Source: an uncultured candidate division Zixibacteria bacterium
Lineage (GTDB): Bacteria; Zixibacteria; MSB-5A5; GN15; PGXB01
Assembly (NCBI GenBank): GCA_963702205.1
Contig: OY969724.1
Span: forward strand, 3,168,001 to 3,232,000
Direction: 5' to 3'
DNA: 64,000 nucleotides
A program made the position numbers and the translations under genes. The notes beneath the pieces were generated by a model. It had not been told where the DNA came from and searched no databases. It saw only the letters and a program-made list of their open reading frames with translations. Positions 1-8,724 of the stretch are shown here, piece after piece (within the stretch, counting starts at the first letter, position 1; each line of letters begins with the position of its first letter).

Positions 1-555
1 CGCAATCGACAGCCCAATGCCCGAAGAGATAATTTCAACCGTCCGTACGAGGTTATCGAAATTCAAAAGCGGTTCGCCCATGCCCATGAAGACGATATTT
101 CCGAAGGCGTTCTCACCATCGCGGCGGCGTAGATAAATCAACTGCCCGACGATTTCGGCCGTGGATAGATTGCGCGTGAAACCCATCCGACCGGTGGCGC
201 AGAACGTGCAGCCGAGCGGGCACCCGGCCTGGCTGGAGACGCAGACCGTCCGCTTGTGGCCGTCCTTGAGCAGGACCGACTCGATCAATGCCCCCTCGGA
301 CAGCCGGTACAGAAATTTTTCTGACCCGTCGGATGACACGACGGTTTCCTCTGGAGCCATGCCGATAAAAGAAAACTTCCCGCTGAGCCTTTGGCGCAGA
401 TCGCGCGAAAGATCGGTCATGCGCTCGAATTCATTCTCGCCCAGCTTGTAAAACCACTTAAACAATTGCCGGGCGCGGTACGGCTTTTCCCCGATTTCGA
501 GCATGAGGTTTTCAAGATCGGTAACAGTATTTCCAAACAAGTTGATTGGTTCCAC
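1..555 (-). CDS. rlmN: 23S rRNA/tRNA m2A methyltransferase RlmN (radical SAM), 5' part; runs off the window edge
   Basis: Manual translation from GTG at 555: MEPINLFG...EKPYRARQLFKWFYK...CVSSQAGCPLGCTFCATG (CxxxCxxC)...NIVFMGMGEPLLNF. Not in the ORF track because the stop lies outside the window. Confidence 0.95.
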   Translation of the reverse strand, partial: MEPINLFGNTVTDLENLMLEIGEKPYRARQLFKWFYKLGENEFERMTDLSRDLRQRLSGKFSFIGMAPEETVVSSDGSEKFLYRLSEGALIESVLLKDGHKRTVCVSSQAGCPLGCTFCATGRMGFTRNLSTAEIVGQLIYLRRRDGENAFGNIVFMGMGEPLLNFDNLVRTVEIISSGIGLSIA

Positions 556-616
556 CCGCCCAAATTAATCAGAATTTTTAAATTATCAAGGGCTTTCCGG
601 GTCAAATCCAATCCAT

Positions 617-650
617 AAAAAAATGGCCCCAATTATTCGGGACCATTTTT
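617..650 (-). terminator. Probable intrinsic terminator after the PhaR-phasin gene
   Basis: Imperfect inverted repeat aaaaatggcccc...gggaccattttt flanked by A/T tracts. Confidence 0.55.
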
Positions 651-674
651 CAAAAAGTGTTGTCGGCCGGGCGA

Positions 675-1250
675 TTATTTGTTCATTTTATCGATGGCCT
701 GGCTCAGTTTGTCCAGCTTCTTATTGAGAGCATCGATGTCTTTCTTACTGGCCAGACGGAGCTTGTCGATCACATTCGCGATTTCTTTCTGGATATTGCC
801 GGTCTCCTTCTTGACCTTCTCGGTGAAGGCTCCGGTCTGCTTTTCGGCTTTTTCCAGAAGCTCCATGACGGCGTCTTTGCGCTGCGACTGTGAGATTTCG
901 CCCGCCTTGATCAAGGAATCGATTACCTCTTCGGCCTTCTTTCGGGTGAGGTTATAAACGCCCACCGACGCCAGGTATGTGTTCTTCAGAATTGACATTG
1001 ACTTTTTTCCTCCTGAAGTTATTGCGTTCATCAATACGTCTTTCGCTTTATTCAAATCCTGCCAGTGGTTGACCTCCCCGGCGATCACCTGGGCCAGGAC
1101 GGCCGGGGTTATATCGTAACCGGTCACCGAGTCGACCACTTTAAACGAAACGTCGCTGTCAATTATCGCGATAAGTTGCGCGTGTGTAATATAGCGCTTG
1201 TCTTCGGTATCGTACAGCCGACGGTTCTTGTATCGTTTTATCAGTTTCAT
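675..1250 (-). CDS. PhaR-type PHA-regulator DNA-binding domain fused to a phasin-like C-terminal domain
   Basis: N-terminus LIKRYKNRRLYDTEDKRYIT is the PHB_acc_N signature. C-terminus SILKNTYLASVGVYNLTRKKAEEVIDSLIKAGEI...LASKKDIDALNKKLDKL is phasin-like. Start placed at ATG 1250. Confidence 0.8.
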   Translation of the reverse strand: MKLIKRYKNRRLYDTEDKRYITHAQLIAIIDSDVSFKVVDSVTGYDITPAVLAQVIAGEVNHWQDLNKAKDVLMNAITSGGKKSMSILKNTYLASVGVYNLTRKKAEEVIDSLIKAGEISQSQRKDAVMELLEKAEKQTGAFTEKVKKETGNIQKEIANVIDKLRLASKKDIDALNKKLDKLSQAIDKMNK

Positions 1251-1286
1251 GGGCGGCCTTTTATTTGTCTCTATATCTTTATACAC

Positions 1287-1314
1287 AATATAGTGCGCCG
1301 CACAATATTTTCAA
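1287..1314 (-). promoter_or_regulatory. Sigma70-type promoter with a PhaR-like operator in the spacer
   Basis: TTGAAA-N16-TATATT on the minus strand. Palindrome AATAT-A-GTGCG-C-CGCAC-A-ATATT (1287-1309) contains TGC-N3-GCA. Confidence 0.65.
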
Positions 1315-1335
1315 CAAAAAAAATTTCCGGAGGTT

Positions 1336-1737
1336 TCAATGACGCGACGTTGACATAAGAATAATATTGACGATTTCCAGAAGGCGCTCGCACGAAAACG
1401 GCTTTTTGATGAACATATCGCCGCCGACCTTGAATGAGCGGCCCATGTCCTCGTTCATGTCTTTCCCGGTCAGGAAAACTACCGGCACATTGGCCAGCCC
1501 CGGGTCGTTTTTAATTTCATTACAGATGCTGTAGCCGTCGGTCCCCGGCATCATGATATCCAGCAAAATAATGTCCGGGCGGACTTCTTTGGCCTTTTGA
1601 ATGGCCTTCTTGCCGTCGTTGGAAATATGCACTTCATGACCGGCATTGACCAGGAAAGCCTCGACAATCTCAGTAATCTGAGGCTCGTCGTCGACGACAA
1701 GAATCTTGGTTACCTTTGTTTTTTGCCCCACTGCCAA
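1336..1737 (-). CDS. Single-domain response regulator (receiver only)
   Basis: ILVVDDE...LLDIMMPGTDG...FLT...KPF receiver motifs; no output domain. Confidence 0.9.
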   Translation of the reverse strand: MAVGQKTKVTKILVVDDEPQITEIVEAFLVNAGHEVHISNDGKKAIQKAKEVRPDIILLDIMMPGTDGYSICNEIKNDPGLANVPVVFLTGKDMNEDMGRSFKVGGDMFIKKPFSCERLLEIVNIILMSTSRH

Positions 1738-1882
1738 TTAATATCTCCGTTAATTATTGGGCACTTATCTTTAATTTATTTATCGGCAGGCTACATGAAA
1801 TTATTAAGCTATAATAGAGGCAAAAGCAGCGGGCAATGCCGGCTTGCCGACACTATCCATGAAGGCTATAAACCATAACGGC

Positions 1883-2668
1883 TTAGTAAAATTCAGGACG
1901 ACGGTCATCCAGCAGGTTGTTGCGCGGGGTAATGCCTTTTTGGTCGGCCAGGGCGGGATCAATATCACACGAGGCAAAAGCGGTCTCATCGGGTCCTAAT
2001 TCGGCCAAAACCCGGCCATCGGGACCGATAATTCTCGAACGCCCGATAAAGACCAGTGCCGAACCGGTGCGATTTTCGATTCCCGTGCGGTCGGCGGTAA
2101 TGGTGAAGACCTTATTTTCCAAAGCCCGGGTGACCATAGCGTCAGGGCAGTGGGGCAGGACCAGATTCGACGGATGACAGATGACCTGTGCCCCCATAAG
2201 GGTCAGCTTGCGGGCCGCCTCCGGGAAACGCCAGTCGAAGCAGATCATCAGGCCGATTCGGGCGCCGTTGTAATCGAAAACTACGAAGCCGGTGTCGCCC
2301 GGCTCGAAAAAGGCCTTCTCGGTATCGAACAGATGGGTCTTGCGATAAAGGTGATTGTTGCCGTCGGGCGCGACAGCCATGGCGGAATTATACAGCCTGT
2401 TATTTTCGCCCAACTCAGGAAATCCGTAGACAATCAGAGCGTTTTTATTTCGCGCCAATTCACTCATCTTCTTGAACGTCATACCCTCCCCGGCGCGGTC
2501 GGCCAAAGATGTTGCTTCATCGACGATTTTAAACTGATATCCCGTTGCGAAAAATTCCGGCAGAACCAGCAGATCGAAATCTTCTTCATCGACTGCCGTA
2601 ATTACTGATGATACGTTCTGTTCGATCTTTCCGAACGACGGATTAAATTGATATACTGCGACTTTCAT
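1883..2668 (-). CDS. Carbon-nitrogen hydrolase (nitrilase superfamily)
   Basis: Catalytic E-K-C triad: VLPEF, YRKTHLF, ICFDWRFPE. ATG at 2668 follows an AGGGG SD-like site. Confidence 0.9.
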   Translation of the reverse strand: MKVAVYQFNPSFGKIEQNVSSVITAVDEEDFDLLVLPEFFATGYQFKIVDEATSLADRAGEGMTFKKMSELARNKNALIVYGFPELGENNRLYNSAMAVAPDGNNHLYRKTHLFDTEKAFFEPGDTGFVVFDYNGARIGLMICFDWRFPEAARKLTLMGAQVICHPSNLVLPHCPDAMVTRALENKVFTITADRTGIENRTGSALVFIGRSRIIGPDGRVLAELGPDETAFASCDIDPALADQKGITPRNNLLDDRRPEFY

Positions 2669-2749
2669 AACTTCCCCTTTCAGCACTCGTAACATATAAA
2701 GATAATAAAACAATTGCAACGATTATGCCCCCCCGATATATTAGCCTGC

Positions 2750-3217
2750 ATGTCGGAAAACGAAGCCAAAATCAAGGTTATTGTCACCAATCGCAAAGCT
2801 TTTCGCGATTTTGAAATAATCGACAAGCGCGAAGTGGGTATTTCACTGGTCGGCACCGAAGTCAAATCCCTTCGGGCGGGCAAAGTAAATATTTCCGACA
2901 GCTATGCCTCGGTCGTAAACGGCGAAGTCATACTACACAACCTGCACATTTCACAGTTCGAGCAATCGTCGCAAACTAACCACGAGCCGACCCGGCCGCG
3001 CAAGCTGCTTCTGCACAAACGGGAAATTCGCAAACTGTTCGGGGCCACCGCTGAAAGGGGCTTTACGCTTGTCCCGCTCAGGATTTATTTTAAGGGACCC
3101 TATGTAAAAATCGAACTGGCGGTCGCACGAGGACGTAAAAAATATGACAAGAGGGAAGTCATCGCCAGGAAAGAGGCCGACCGGGCCATGCAGAGGGCTC
3201 AAAAGAAGAATCTATGA
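2750..3217 (+). CDS. smpB: SsrA-binding protein SmpB
   Basis: NRKAFRDF...GTEVKSLRAGK...RKLLLHKREI...GRKKYDKR. TTGCAA-N17-TATATT ends 7 nt before the ATG, suggesting a leaderless mRNA. Confidence 0.97.
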   Translation: MSENEAKIKVIVTNRKAFRDFEIIDKREVGISLVGTEVKSLRAGKVNISDSYASVVNGEVILHNLHISQFEQSSQTNHEPTRPRKLLLHKREIRKLFGATAERGFTLVPLRIYFKGPYVKIELAVARGRKKYDKREVIARKEADRAMQRAQKKNL

Positions 3218-4698
3218 AAACGCGAGTCTTAAATAAGTTATTGCTGGTTCTTTTATTGTTGGTCGCAGCAATACCGATCAAGGCCGATGATATCGATCTT
3301 CAGATATCCGGCGGCAAAGAAAAGATCGGCTATCATAGAGAAGGCGACATCGATTATTTTTCGCTTTCGGAGTTGTCTTCGGTTATGGGCGATCATATTT
3401 CGTGGGACATTGTCGGTCTTTCGGTGATGTATCAGGTGCAGGGGCACAAAATTAAGTTTTTCGCCGATTCGCCGTACTTGAATGCCGATGATTCCGTGCT
3501 CAACATGACTTATCCGGCGCTGTTGATTAAAGGACAGATATATCTTCCCTGCCAGACTTTTATCCCTATTCTTGACAACATCCGCTCCGAGCGGGTAACC
3601 TGGGACCGAGACCGAAAATCGATACGGGTCGACTCGGAATTTTTCACGGTTACCGATCTGACCATTTCGGCCAAGGCTAATGGAATACTGATTGAAATTT
3701 TTCTGTCCAAGCCCACCGATTACGAAATCTATGAATCCGAGGGCAACTGGCTGAACATCACGATCCCCGATGCCACCGTCAACAGGCGTCAATTTCTTCT
3801 GCGCCGCGACCGAAATTTCCTGAGGGATATGAACGTCTTCCAGTTCAAATCTTCGGCGCAAATTTCTCTCCGTTTCAAGCGTCCGATTCAAAAATACAAC
3901 AACCGACTGGCCCAAAATCCGGTCCGCATACAGATATCGCTTCTTGATTCGACCGCCGCTCCAATCGCCAGCCACGGTATCGGCAAGGTCGGCCCCGACC
4001 ATAAAATCGACAAAATCATAATCGACCCCGGTCACGGCGGCAACGATTACGGGGCGATCGGGCTCGACAAGACCAAAGAAAAGAAAATTGTCCTTGATAT
4101 TGCCAAAAGATTAGCCAAACTTATACGCGATGACAAAATATTCGAGGCCGTCCTGACCCGGTCCAGCGATAAATATATTTCACTGGAGGAACGAACCCGC
4201 ATCGCCAACGAAGCTGCCGGCGATATGTATATCTCCATCCATGCCAACGCTTCGCTGAACCGCTCGGCGCGGGGGTTTCAGGTATTTTTCCTGGCCCCGG
4301 CCAAAAACGATGAGGCCCGCGCCGCCGCGCAGCTTGAAAACGCCTCGTTTGCCGAGGAACTCGGATCGCAGGGTTCCGGCGAGGAGGACAACCTGAGTTT
4401 TATTTTGAGCGACATGATACAAAATGAATTTCAGGAGGAATCCGCCGACCTGGCGTCGATGATCGACCGGGAGTTCAGGAAATCACTGTCCACCAAAACC
4501 AAGGCGCGGGGTATCGACCAGGCGGCGTTTGTCGTCCTCAACGGCGTCTATATGCCGTCGGTACTGGTCGAGACGGCTTTCCTGTCGAACCGTCAGGACG
4601 AGGACCTGCTCAACGAAAAGAACTATCGCCAAAAGGTCGCCGAGGCGATTTACGATGGCCTGAAACGATTCAAAGCTAAGTACGAAAGTTTGCAATAA
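3214..4698 (+). CDS. N-acetylmuramoyl-L-alanine amidase (Amidase_3) with N-terminal accessory domains
   Basis: Signal peptide; IIIDPGHGG, SIHANAS and SVLVETAFLSN zinc-amidase motifs. Confidence 0.92.
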   Translation: MKTRVLNKLLLVLLLLVAAIPIKADDIDLQISGGKEKIGYHREGDIDYFSLSELSSVMGDHISWDIVGLSVMYQVQGHKIKFFADSPYLNADDSVLNMTYPALLIKGQIYLPCQTFIPILDNIRSERVTWDRDRKSIRVDSEFFTVTDLTISAKANGILIEIFLSKPTDYEIYESEGNWLNITIPDATVNRRQFLLRRDRNFLRDMNVFQFKSSAQISLRFKRPIQKYNNRLAQNPVRIQISLLDSTAAPIASHGIGKVGPDHKIDKIIIDPGHGGNDYGAIGLDKTKEKKIVLDIAKRLAKLIRDDKIFEAVLTRSSDKYISLEERTRIANEAAGDMYISIHANASLNRSARGFQVFFLAPAKNDEARAAAQLENASFAEELGSQGSGEEDNLSFILSDMIQNEFQEESADLASMIDREFRKSLSTKTKARGIDQAAFVVLNGVYMPSVLVETAFLSNRQDEDLLNEKNYRQKVAEAIYDGLKRFKAKYESLQ

Positions 4699-5516
4699 TG
4701 AACGATGATGCCAAACAAAAGCCTATAGGTATATTCGATTCCGGCGTCGGCGGCCTGACGGTCGCGGCCGAAATAATGAAAAAGCTGCCGAACGAAAATA
4801 TCGTCTATTTCGGCGACGTCGGCCGGTACCCCTATGGCGGTCGGTCCAAAGAAACGATTGTTTCTTTTACGCGGCAGGACATAAACTTCCTGCTGGACCA
4901 CCAGGTCAAATTTATCATAGCCGCCTGTAACTCGGCCACCGCCGCCGCGCTCGATACGGTCGTCGGGGAGTACGATACAGGTATTCTGGGCGTAATCGAA
5001 CCGGGCGCCAAAGCGGCCCTCAATTATACTTCCAACAATCGCGTCGGCATCATCGGCACGGTCGCGACCATCGGCTCCGACAGCTATGCCAAAGCGATAC
5101 AAAAGCTGAACCCCGACGTCAAAGTCTTTTCGCTGGCCTGTCCCCTGTTCGTGCCGCTGGCCGAGGAAGGTTACATCGAAAAAGAAGCGACGTACCTGAT
5201 CGCCCGAGATTACCTTAAGACTCTGATCGACGTCGACATCGACACCCTCGTCCTCGGTTGTACTCACTATCCTCTATTAAAGGGTGTTATCGGCGACGTC
5301 ATGGGCGACAAAGTGCGGCTGGTCGATTCGGCCGAGGAAACCGCCCGCGAGGCCGTCGCCGTCCTGAGCGAAAAGGACCTGCTCCGGCCGAAAGGCGGCG
5401 ATGTGTCGCACAAGTTTTATGTCTCCGACGTGCCCGATAAATTTTCCAGCGTCGTCAAACAGTTCATAGGGTATAGTATCAACAATATAACGCGCATCGA
5501 CATAACCAGATATTGA
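4698..5516 (+). CDS. murI: Glutamate racemase
   Basis: IGIFDSGVGGLTV, ACNSA, LGCTHYP. Confidence 0.97.
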   Translation: MNDDAKQKPIGIFDSGVGGLTVAAEIMKKLPNENIVYFGDVGRYPYGGRSKETIVSFTRQDINFLLDHQVKFIIAACNSATAAALDTVVGEYDTGILGVIEPGAKAALNYTSNNRVGIIGTVATIGSDSYAKAIQKLNPDVKVFSLACPLFVPLAEEGYIEKEATYLIARDYLKTLIDVDIDTLVLGCTHYPLLKGVIGDVMGDKVRLVDSAEETAREAVAVLSEKDLLRPKGGDVSHKFYVSDVPDKFSSVVKQFIGYSINNITRIDITRY

Positions 5517-5517
5517 T

Positions 5518-6684
5518 ATGGAATATGCTATAACAGGAATAATCGTCGCCGTTCTCTTTGCCGTGGTAGTGCTGTACCTTCAGTACCAGAACCGCAAAAG
5601 CAATCAAGAGCTGGTACAGCAGATTAAAACCGACGTGCTAGGCGAAATCGGAAACACTTTCGGCACGGCTTCGCTTAAGGCTCTTAAGGATAACTCCGAG
5701 CAGTTTCTGACGCTGGCCGACAAGACCCTGAGCAACCAGACTAAAGAAAATGTCCGCGAACTCGAAGGTAAAAAAGAACTGATCGACAACACTCTGACAC
5801 AGATCAAATCCGAAATGGACAAAGTCGAACAGTTGATAAAGACTCTCGAAAACGATCGTGAACAAAAATACGGTGAACTCAACAAAGGTCTGGAAAATCA
5901 AAGTGCCCAGGTATTGCGGCTCTCAGACCAGACATATAAACTCAATGAGTTATTATCCGGAACCAAAACCCGTGGGAACTGGGGCGAGCGTATGGCCGAG
6001 GATATCCTGAATGTAATCGGCATGGTCGAAAATATAAATTATGTCAAGCAAAAGCAGGTCGAGGGTGGCAAAGGACGGCCGGATTTCACGTTCCTGCTCC
6101 CCGATGGGTTTAAAGTCAATATGGATGTCAAATTTCCGCTTGATAATTTTAAGAATTATATCGAAAACGATGATGAAGAGGCTAAAAAGGGCTATATGGC
6201 GGCCTATATAAGAGACGCCAAAAATACGATCAAGAGTATCGACACCCGGGAATATATAAATCTCGAACAGAAAACGCTGGACTTCGTGATAATCTTCATT
6301 CCGCACGAGCAAGGTTATGCCTTTCTGATGGAGCACGACCCCAATTTCTTCGACGATGCCTTAAAACAAAAAATCGTCGTTTGCTCGCCGTGGACATTGT
6401 ATGCCTTTCTGGCGGTGATAAAGCAGTCGGTGGATAATTTCAAACTCGTCCAGTCGGCCACTGAAATTCTCGCACTTATGAGAGCTTTTTACAAACAATG
6501 GAACTTGTACGTTACGGCCCAGGATACGCTGGGCAATAAAATCGAAGCCGTCCAGGCGGAATACAATAAAATTATTACGACTCGAAAAAATCAACTGGAA
6601 CGCCAGCTGCAAAAAATCGAGGAGCTCGCCAATCAAAAGGGCCTGAGCGCGATCGAGTCGGCAGAAGATGACCAATTTATTTAA
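5518..6684 (+). CDS. rmuC: DNA recombination protein RmuC
   Basis: N-terminal TM plus coiled coil; RGNWGE, RPDF, MDVKFPL. Confidence 0.9.
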   Translation: MEYAITGIIVAVLFAVVVLYLQYQNRKSNQELVQQIKTDVLGEIGNTFGTASLKALKDNSEQFLTLADKTLSNQTKENVRELEGKKELIDNTLTQIKSEMDKVEQLIKTLENDREQKYGELNKGLENQSAQVLRLSDQTYKLNELLSGTKTRGNWGERMAEDILNVIGMVENINYVKQKQVEGGKGRPDFTFLLPDGFKVNMDVKFPLDNFKNYIENDDEEAKKGYMAAYIRDAKNTIKSIDTREYINLEQKTLDFVIIFIPHEQGYAFLMEHDPNFFDDALKQKIVVCSPWTLYAFLAVIKQSVDNFKLVQSATEILALMRAFYKQWNLYVTAQDTLGNKIEAVQAEYNKIITTRKNQLERQLQKIEELANQKGLSAIESAEDDQFI

Positions 6685-6704
6685 ATAAAAAACGGATATG
6701 TCCT

Positions 6705-7875
6705 ATGGATCTGGTTAAACAAAAGATAGTACAGGCGGTGGATATACTCAACGAACTCGATCTGGACCTATGGCTGATTTTCTGCCGCGAAACCGACGTC
6801 ATGGCCGACCCCTGCCTGCCGCTCGTGGTAGGGCACAAGGTCGTCTGGCAGTCGGCGTTTTTTATCGGCCGCGACGGCGACACCACCGCCATGATCGGCA
6901 GCTACGACACCTCCGATTTCGAGAAGTCGCAGCGCTTCAAATACGTCATGCCGTACGTGCAGGACTGCGGAGTCCAGATAAGAGAATATATTGAAAAGCT
7001 CAACCCAGGCACGATCGCTCTCAATTATTCGATTGACGATCCGTCGGCCGACGGGCTCGCGCACGGGATGTACAACCTGTTGTGCGATTATCTGAAGGGT
7101 ACGCCATTGGCACAGCGGTTTGTCTCGGCCGAGAATCTGGTTTCACTCTTGCGCGGACGGAAGCTCGATGAGGAACTCGACCGGATCACGTCGGCGGCGA
7201 TCCTGGCCAATAATGCCTGGTTCAATGCCCTCGACGACATCGAAGTCGGCCTGACCGAAATCGAAATCGCCGAAACGATTGAAAAACACGTCGCCCGTCT
7301 CGGAGCGAAAAAATCATTTGAAATCCTCGTCAACGCTGCCGATAAATCCGACGCCGGTCATGGCACCCCCGGTACCGCCAAACTGGCTCCCGGCGACCTT
7401 TTGCACATCGACATGGGCGCCCGCCTGCACGAGGACCTGTTCCGATATACAGCGCCTTGTGTACTACCGCCGTTCAGGAGAAAGCGGCGCTCCGGCCGAA
7501 CTGATCGATGCCTTCAATGCCGTTCGAGATATAATAACCGAAGTCGCTCAGTTGTACCGTCCGGGCGCGATCGGCCACGAGATCGACGCCGTCGCGCGTC
7601 AGCGTCTGCAGGAACGCGGCTATCCGGTGTATGAACATGCGCTGGGACATCAAATCGGTCGTTCGGTTCACGACGGCGCGGCCGTCGTCGGACCGAAATG
7701 GGAGCGTTACGGCAAAACGACGTCGATACCCCTCGAAAAAAACAACGTCTTCACGGTCGAATTCGGCATCGAACTCGGCGGCATCGGATATGTCGGGCTC
7801 GAAGAAGACCTGGCCGTCACCGATGAAGGCGGGAGATTTTTGTGTCCACGACAAATGGAGCTTATTATTGTATGA
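6705..7875 (+). pseudogene. Xaa-Pro peptidase family (M24) metallopeptidase, split by a frameshift near 7431-7437 (real lesion or sequencing error)
   Basis: ORF 6705..7634 gives ...LLHIDMGARLH; the other frame continues CSDIQR...HALGHQIGRSVHD...TVE...LEED (M24 metal ligands). Confidence 0.8.
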
Positions 7876-8699
7876 AAAAATTAGCTGTTCTTATAATACT
7901 TTCAGCTTTATTAACCCAATGCGGTCCACCCAGAACCGGCGAAGAGGCCTTTTACGGTGCTTGTGGCCCCGGCAAATTAACAGTCCAGCCCGGCAACCGT
8001 TCGGCGGCGCTTAAATGGATCACCCCTTGCCCCGACAGCGTCAAAGTAGCCGGATACAATATATATCTGTCCGAAACGTCGCTGGACAAGTACCGTTATA
8101 AAAAGCTTCCCTCGCGTTATGAATCGTATAATTCCGCCCCCTACCCCGGCGACGCCGAGCCCGAAAACGGCTTTGAAACGATGACCATAACCGGCACGGA
8201 AAACGGAAAGACCTATTATATATCGGTACGTACGGTCTACACCGACGGCGCCTTATCACCGGCATCGAACGAAGTCGAAATTATCTGTCGGCCCGAAGGA
8301 GAGTTCGACCTGACCTATCGCTATACCGGGCACGACGACGGCTTTTCATTCGCCGATGACTCCGCCGCCGCTTCCGATGGCGATAAAAACGATCTGTATT
8401 TTTACATTTCCGATGGTATGGACTTTCTGGCGTCGCCGCACAGGCTCAATGGATTTATCCGTCATTCGGGATTTTATTCGCTTGGCAAGACGAGCGATAT
8501 CTATCAGTATCCCGACCTGAAACTCGATATAGAACCGGTCGACCGGGTACCGGTCGGTGTCGGAGAAAGCTATCTGGTTAAAACGGCCGATGGTAATTTC
8601 GCCAAAATTCGAATCGAAGGTGCACAGGGTGAAAAAAGAGATCGGGTGCTGAAAATCAGGTACATATATCAGACCATAAACGGCCTGATGAAATTCTAA
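7872..8699 (+). CDS. Lipoprotein with a fibronectin type III-like domain
   Basis: MKKLAVLIILSALLTQC lipobox-like signal; LKW...GYNIY...YYISVRTV...SPASNEV FN3 pattern. Confidence 0.65.
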   Translation: MKKLAVLIILSALLTQCGPPRTGEEAFYGACGPGKLTVQPGNRSAALKWITPCPDSVKVAGYNIYLSETSLDKYRYKKLPSRYESYNSAPYPGDAEPENGFETMTITGTENGKTYYISVRTVYTDGALSPASNEVEIICRPEGEFDLTYRYTGHDDGFSFADDSAAASDGDKNDLYFYISDGMDFLASPHRLNGFIRHSGFYSLGKTSDIYQYPDLKLDIEPVDRVPVGVGESYLVKTADGNFAKIRIEGAQGEKRDRVLKIRYIYQTINGLMKF

Positions 8700-8724
8700 T
8701 ACACCGGGAAAGGGCACTGCTGTA

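Noticed and set aside
2669..3213. tmRNA gene next to smpB
   Set aside because: No intergenic room and no tRNA-Ala-like ends found
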